NCBI GenBank assembly: GCA_951406725.2
Contig: OX597816.1
Coordinates: 144,956,001 to 145,020,000 of the forward strand
Reading direction: 5' to 3'
Source: Octopus vulgaris
Lineage: Eukaryota
DNA length: 64,000 bases
The translations under genes and the position numbers were made by a program. Below are positions 57,075-64,000 of this stretch, one piece after another; position 1 is the stretch's first letter, and each line of letters opens with the position of its first letter. Under the pieces are notes generated by a model, which saw only the letters and a list, made by a program, of their open reading frames with translations, was not told the DNA's origin and searched no databases.

Positions 57075-57146
<72 letters not shown>

Positions 57147-57171
57147 GTATACATATATGTATATATATACA

Positions 57172-57610
57172 CAATATTCCCTAGCTATATCGCGCTTTAC
57201 CTACCGCACACTCAGTATATCGCGGGTTTCTGCATTTGATAGGTATTTATATCTTTTAGATTTTAATCATTTCTGTGGTAAAATAAGCATTTTCACGCCT
57301 AAAAATTAATAAATTAATAAATAAGTATACAGTACAGTACTGCACTCTATAACACATTAATTAAAATATATTAAAAGAAAATACGTAGTGTACCGTAGGT
57401 GTGTAAACATAGAATCGGACATACTGTATGGAAAATGAAACTCGGGAGGCGAGTGTGTGGTATTTTTTTGCATTTATAATAAAATAAATATATACAAATT
57501 ATTAACAGGATAAATAATATATACAGTACAGTACAGTTTCTACTTCGCGAATTCTCTTCTATCGCGGGAGGTTTTGGAACGTAACACTCGCGATAGTCGA
57601 GGGATTACTG
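57172..57610. mobile_element. Tigger/pogo-like MITE
   Basis: CAATATTCCCTAGCTATATCGCG at the left end and CGCGATAGTCGAGGGATTACTG|TA at the right (CAGTAATCCCTCG-type TIR). Confidence 0.65.
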
Positions 57611-57674
57611 TATATATATGCCGGACCGCTGAAATCTACAAGTTTTTTCTACTCTCCGTTTATTTTCTCTATTC

Positions 57675-57710
57675 CTTTCTGATGAAGAGGTAAGGCTCGA
57701 AGCGTAAAAG
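57675..57710 (+). ncRNA. Minimal hammerhead in solo pLTR fragment (57620-57800)
   Basis: CTTT-CTGATGA-A-GAG-GTAAGG-CTC-GAAG-CG-TA-AAAG; A15.1>G. Confidence 0.7.
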
Positions 57711-58016
57711 ACTTTTTAATTTCACCGGAGCGGCAAACTAGTACACTTGCTTGTTTTTCATACATCTTTCTTCGTCTTTTGTTTTTCTATAAATTTCAAC
57801 TACACACACACACACACACACACACACGTATATGTATGTATGAATGAATGTCTGTATCATGTATGTATAAGCGACGGAAGCAGTATTAGTAACAAAAGAT
57901 AGTTTTATGTCCAACTTAATGTGAATCTTTTGTCAGGACGCGGAGAACAGCGTTATTCACTTTGAGAGATTCTCTCAAGGCTAATAATGCTGTAATCGGC
58001 GCAGATATAAACTGTA

Positions 58017-58096
58017 GCAGGCAAGAATCGTCTATTATGGGCGCTAAAACTTCTATAATAAGAGTTACTGCACCCATAACAGACGATTCTGTCTGC
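58017..58096. other. Long imperfect hairpin (about 27-bp stem)
   Basis: GCAGGCAAGAATCGTCTATTATGGGCGC pairs with GCACCCATAACAGACGATTCTGTCTGC. Confidence 0.7.
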
Positions 58097-58152
58097 GCTT
58101 GTATTGGACCATGCGTCTATGTCCGAGAATCTGCTAAGCCTAATAAAGCAAC

Positions 58153-58245
<93 letters not shown>

Positions 58246-59988
58246 TACCTATATAAATATAGATAAGCTTGTACGTACACATACTCACACGAGTATACAG
58301 TCACAAAGTTTAGATATTTCATACTGTCTGACCCTGTCTATAAATAATGAGGTATTTATTTGAATTGAAAGAGTGGGCTACATTTTAAGAACAAAGGCGG
58401 GGTTAAAAAGGGAAAAGGAGTATTTTCTTTATTTCATACAATTTTAAACAAAATATCACATGATAATATTACATTTACAAATCAAGAACTGCATTCTCAG
58501 CTGTTATTGCTAAACTTTCTGGTGTCTTTCATTTGATTTCTTTAATTTTCATGCTGTAATATTCGTGTTCGTCAACCATTTTCTATATTTCAATATAACT
58601 GTTCGCACCGATGTAAGGTGAAGATTGAAAAAAATATATAGTTATGAGAGCGGAGTAGACAGAAAAATTGGAAAAATAAATGAGGGTTTGGCTTGTTTCG
58701 ATATCATGATCTCCTTATCACAGTAGTAAAATGAAATGATCTTTATTGAAAATCTTGATATTTTTTATTTTCTTACTGCTTCATTTCTATAGTATAAATG
58801 AAATGCATATATTAACCCTTTGGCTTCAGAAAGAAAAAAAAACGCAGTCAATAGGCGTTATGTCGTTTTTTTTTTTTTTACATATTTCGTACTGGGATGA
58901 TGTTTTTTAATGTATGTAATAAAAATAAAACATCATGATAGGATAAAGAGAAAAAATAATTTTCAACAAAAATAAATAGGAAATTGATTCTCAGTGACAT
59001 TATGTTAGCACACGCTCATAGTTTGCCTCTTACAAATGCAAGTGCGCATTTACCCACTTGTTCATGCTCAGACGTACACAAACGCATACAGCTCCTTCAC
59101 ACAAACATGTTACTCGAAATATATACACATATATGCGTGTTCCTATTATATGGATACAAAATGATAGATTGCTGGACATATACACACATATACACATAAC
59201 ACACACATACATCATAAGAGAATTTGTGCATAAGCCGGTGCTATATATGCACGTATGTATATACTTGTGTATAATTATGTCTGCTTGCATATATCTATTT
59301 CTGTGTGTATACATGAGAATATGTATGTATGTATGTCTGTATGTATGTATGCATGTATGTATGTATGTATGTATGTATGCATGCATGTATGTATGTATGT
59401 ATGCATGCATGTATGCATGTTTGTATGTATGTATGCATGCATGTATGTATGCATGTATGTATGTATGCATGCATGTATGCATGTATGTATGTATGTATGC
59501 ATGCATGCATGTATGTGTTGTATGTTTGTATGTATGTATATATGTATATATATAGACACATATATACATATATATATACACATGCTTATAGTATTCATAT
59601 TATTCTGTAGGTGTGTGTGTGTGTGTGTGTGTGTACCTTTGCATGTATGTTTTCGTTTTCTTTCGCCTCTGTATGTACTGCAGAAATATGCTTTGATAAT
59701 GATGCGTGTGCATCCATTACTGTTTATGCGTTGTATGATTGCCTGTGCATATATCCTTGCATGAATGTGTGAGTGTGTGCGCGTGTGTGCATGTGTAGGA
59801 GTATCCTTAACATTATAGCAAGTTTAAATTAATAAGAAATAACATGATGTCACATTTTTATTTCCTCCGTAATGTAATATTGCTACAAAATCCTATTTTA
59901 TATTAATCTCTCTACTTTTTTTGTTGATAATGCTTCTCCTGTAGAATTATACATCGTTGGATTTTCATTTATCAGTTTGTCTTATGAA

Positions 59989-60039
<51 letters not shown>

Positions 60040-60367
60040 AACCACAAGCACGTGTGTTTACATCTATGCGCTTACATACACACTCCATGCATACATACAT
60101 ACGCGCATGTATATATATGTGTGTGCAACAGATATTCAGTCATATTTAGCTTATAAACACATGCATACACGAAATGATATTTATAGCACTAATACATACC
60201 CACCAAACTTAACTTAATTCAGTTCTGCGGTTTATGAATAAAGTCAATGAAAGACTTAAAAAAACTATAGAAAGACAAAGAAAAAATAACAAAATATATA
60301 CTTCAAAAAATAGGAATAAGATCATCTTTGATCAGTGAATATATATTAATACTTAAGAGATGAAAAT

Positions 60368-60443
<76 letters not shown>

Positions 60444-62270
60444 GGCGGCAACAAAAACTGAACACTAACCACATCATCATCACCATTAACAACAACAATA
60501 ATAGCAATAAAAAATATAATAATAATAACCATGATAATAATAATAGTGGTAAACATGGCGAGAAGAACCATAATAACGACAATAAAAACAGCCGCAAGAA
60601 CAAGAAAAACAACATCAACGATGACAACACAATAATCATAAGAATTATAGTTTGAAGTTGAACAAAAGGAAACATCAAAAGAAAAAAAAATCAAAATTGC
60701 AAGTAATGACTATCATCTCCGAATAGAAATAACATTTATTTAGATCATATTAAATTTCTTCAGAATATTTGCAAGACATAACACCGAATCTATTTTCATG
60801 AGAATTGTGAATAAAAATGCCGAAAAAGAGAGAGAAATTTAGTATATAGATGCTATCTTTTTTTATCTTTGCATTATATATTCGATATTGTATTTAATGA
60901 AAATAAAATATGTGCTGTATGTTGTGACCTTTTTGAGGAATACGTGTCGAATTTGTAAATCGCGGGCGATAACTCTTCCATTCTGGGTTGTAAAAATTCT
61001 ACTTACTTTAACTTGTTAATGCTATTAAGAAAGGTACTCAAAACCATAAAATCATGTAATCATAATTCACTCTCTCCTGAATTCATCTAAATGCACGTGC
61101 TTTTGTGAGAAATATTTGCCGCTTCCTCACTTTTGCTGAAGGAAAACCAAAGTCGGTTGAAACATGAGCAGAGCGTCAGACATCGCCTGGACGAAAGTTA
61201 TAGTCATGAAAGTGAGTGTGTGTGTTAGTATCTACTGCGAAAATATCTGCTCATATCTGTGTGGATGTATGTGTATGTATACAAATGCATACATATATGC
61301 ATGGCATCTTGGGCAAGTGTCTGTAGCATCAGATCAACCCAAGTCTTGCGAGAGATATTGGAAAACTGTGTGGAAGCGTGAATGGTGGTTTATAACTAAT
61401 TCAAAGAACCATTCTTGTCACTCAATGTATCCAACTGACTCTACTTGTGGATTGCAATAAGTATGCAAATGCCTTCCTCCGTAAGAAACAATATCTCCTA
61501 GACCTCATCCAACATAATATTGGCAGTGATATCTACAAAAACTGCGTCATTTTGATGATATTTTATATGCTCTTGGAGAAAGCCACAAAACAGATGCCAT
61601 GCATCGTAGCTTCAGCAAACCTTATTGACTAGAGTATTTTGCTGTGGACTAGGGTATTTTGTCAAAATGGAACCCGTTGAAAGCTACTTACAGCGGATTA
61701 AATTTTTCTGGCGAGCAGAACATAGCATGGTATCGTGGATGGTTATTCAAGATCAGCAAACATTATTAGAGGTGTCTCTCTGAGTGCTGCGTTTGACTTA
61801 CTCTTCTCGTAGCATCAAATAATATCAGAAGTAATATAAACTGTAACGTAAAGCATAAGCATCAACAATAAAGCCAATCATGGACTGTAGAATGTGCTCA
61901 AGGATTTCTGTAACTTTCCAGTCTCAACCTCATGGTGTCATTATTCGTCTCTTTTCTGTGTATATTCGCTCTTTGAAAACTGTTTTGAATACATTTTCAG
62001 TAACTGCTGCACACTGTAACCTCTCTATAAAAACAAAACATTATAAGAAGTGAAGCAATACAGCAGTAAATCTCTCACGGAAAATGTTATCTCAGGCCTT
62101 GGCCATTGGGATTGCTTCAAAATGCTGAAGCCCTGTACACCATACTGCCATAGAGAACTACACCATTTATGCAATGTATTAAGAGAAGGTACTGTATCAA
62201 CATTGCTTAAACAATGCTGGTATGAAGTTCAGACTTCCTATGTATGAAAATTTATCAACAAGTTTGAGTT

Positions 62271-62301
<31 letters not shown>

Positions 62302-62521
62302 CAGACATAAATACACACATACATAAATACACACATACATACATACATACATACATACATACATACATACATACATACATACATACATACATACATACAT
62401 ACATACATACATACATAAAGATTACTGTTTGAACATTCCAGTAGAAATAGAAATCCATTGTATGAAGAACATACCAAATATAGTTGTATAGGACAAGAAG
62501 CAAACGTTGGGTACCGTTGTA

Positions 62522-62797
62522 GAGATCAGTTAATTTACTGCATCGAATACCCAAATTGTGAAGAATTATATGAAGGTCAAACTGGAAAATGCACTATCAG
62601 AACGTTCACGTTGCAACGGATATCAAATTAGAGACCCAGATGTCCGTCAGATACCTTTGAATAACCATCTGGTAACATGCGTTCGGAAAATATTTATATT
62701 TCCATTCTACAAACTACACAGTCCAAGTGAAATTGAAAGAAAAATCGGGGAAAAGAATTTTATTAATAAATTCCAACCCAAGCTAAATAGACTATAA
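62522..62797 (+). pseudogene. PLE GIY-YIG fragment
   Basis: SVIYCIEYPNCEELYEGQT / QIRDPDVRQIPLNNHL..C..IFPFYKL..EKNFINKFQPKLN, homologous to the other PLE endonucleases in the window. Confidence 0.8.
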
Positions 62798-63506
62798 TAC
62801 TAATACTTAGAGGTACTATTTCTACTACTACGACCACTACCACTAACACTAACAACCATTAACAACAAAATACTAAAGGTGCTCATTATGATGGTAGCAG
62901 GAAAATACTAGCTACGTCAAGAGAAAAGTCAGTAAAAATTATATTACCACAGCTACTCCTACCACCTTCATCCCCACCAACAACAACGACAACAGCAATA
63001 AAGGAGATGATAATGATGACGATGATAATTGAAATGTAAAAATCCCCGGGAAATGTTTACAACATTTCTAAAAGTAGGACCAACAATTACTGCTTTCACC
63101 AGGGTCAAAACACAGGCTTCTTGACATGTTCAACAAACCGTGACGCCTAAACCAAACACAAATCAACTTAAGTAATTTAGGAAAATCACACACTGACTGG
63201 TCAAAATACAGTTTGCAAAAATTAACATTTCTGGAACCTATACAAATGTATTTAAGGCACACAATTTAGCCATCTCGCCACAGTTGTAAATTGTAAAACA
63301 TAGCTGTTACCACTACTACAGGAACTTGAAGATTGCTTAGTTTAATGCATGAAAGTGCTAGTGCAATCACAAAGGACATTTAATATTCTACAACTTCATT
63401 AAACCATATTATCTTATATTATATTATTATAAGATTGTAAATAAAACGTGAAAATCAAAGTTGGAATACCTTTGAGTAATATATTCTTCTATACACAGAC
63501 ACACAC

Positions 63507-63555
<49 letters not shown>

Positions 63556-64000
63556 CACAATATATACATAAACACACACACACACATAGATATATACACA
63601 CACACACTCTGAAGAAAAATACGGGTGCAGGATTTGATAATATTCTTGTCCAATTGAACCTCAAAAAGTACAAGACAGGGAGTGGAACCTTAAAAATAAT
63701 GCAATGTAGCTGCATGAATATGAATATATGAAAAATTAACATCAGATTTTCAAAAGTTAGGATATTTGTTATATACAGATAGAGATGATAATTCTAGTGA
63801 CATACTTTAAGAATTCAGTAAATTAAACTTAATGGTGTGAAATAATTATTGTTTTAGTTTTCCCCATCTGCATCTGTTTAATATTTTGTGTTTAGAAAAT
63901 TCCAATTATGACTGTAATATTTTTGGGACTTTTCTAGTTTCAAAAATCTAAGAATATTATAACTCATACGTGTGGCTTTCTCCGTCTAGTCCACTAATTT

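Larger units (their letters stand above)
55339..57075. mobile_element. Young foldback element: 653-bp near-identical inverted arms, each with an intact hammerhead
   Basis: Arms 55483-56135 and 56423-57075 with a 287-bp spacer; left arm has an extra tail 55339-55482; both ends in (TA)n. Confidence 0.92.

Noticed and set aside
61400-62230. Possible decayed large DNA-transposon coding remnant
   Set aside because: Only vague motif resemblance with many stops; cannot be supported without a profile search.

Overview
AT-rich, microsatellite-saturated eukaryotic DNA. The SINE families and repeat style suggest an invertebrate, probably an octopus-like cephalopod (inference). No host gene can be called with confidence, only one candidate exon, and nearly all ORFs in the track are microsatellite artefacts. 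The window is a mosaic of mobile elements: at least five Penelope-like element (PLE) RT/GIY-YIG remnants, an RTE-type LINE with a 5' inversion and target-site duplication, CR1-type LINE pieces, an R4/Dong-like endonuclease fragment, an IR/DR-type Tc1, a mariner remnant, MITEs, a probable Helitron and tRNA-derived SINEs. The most notable feature is not visible in the ORF track: about 17 type-I minimal hammerhead ribozyme (HHR) motifs in PLE pseudo-LTR-like cassettes, four with complete core and helices and the rest decayed. They show three Watson-Crick variants of the 3-8 core pair, palindromic stem III and very variable stem II. Several sit in ORF-less head-to-head foldback units and one in a terminally redundant 584-bp unit. 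One GC-rich insert (25632-25742, minus strand) contains all hammerhead core strands in a non-canonical, permuted/pseudoknotted order. All structures were paired by eye and no activity is demonstrated.
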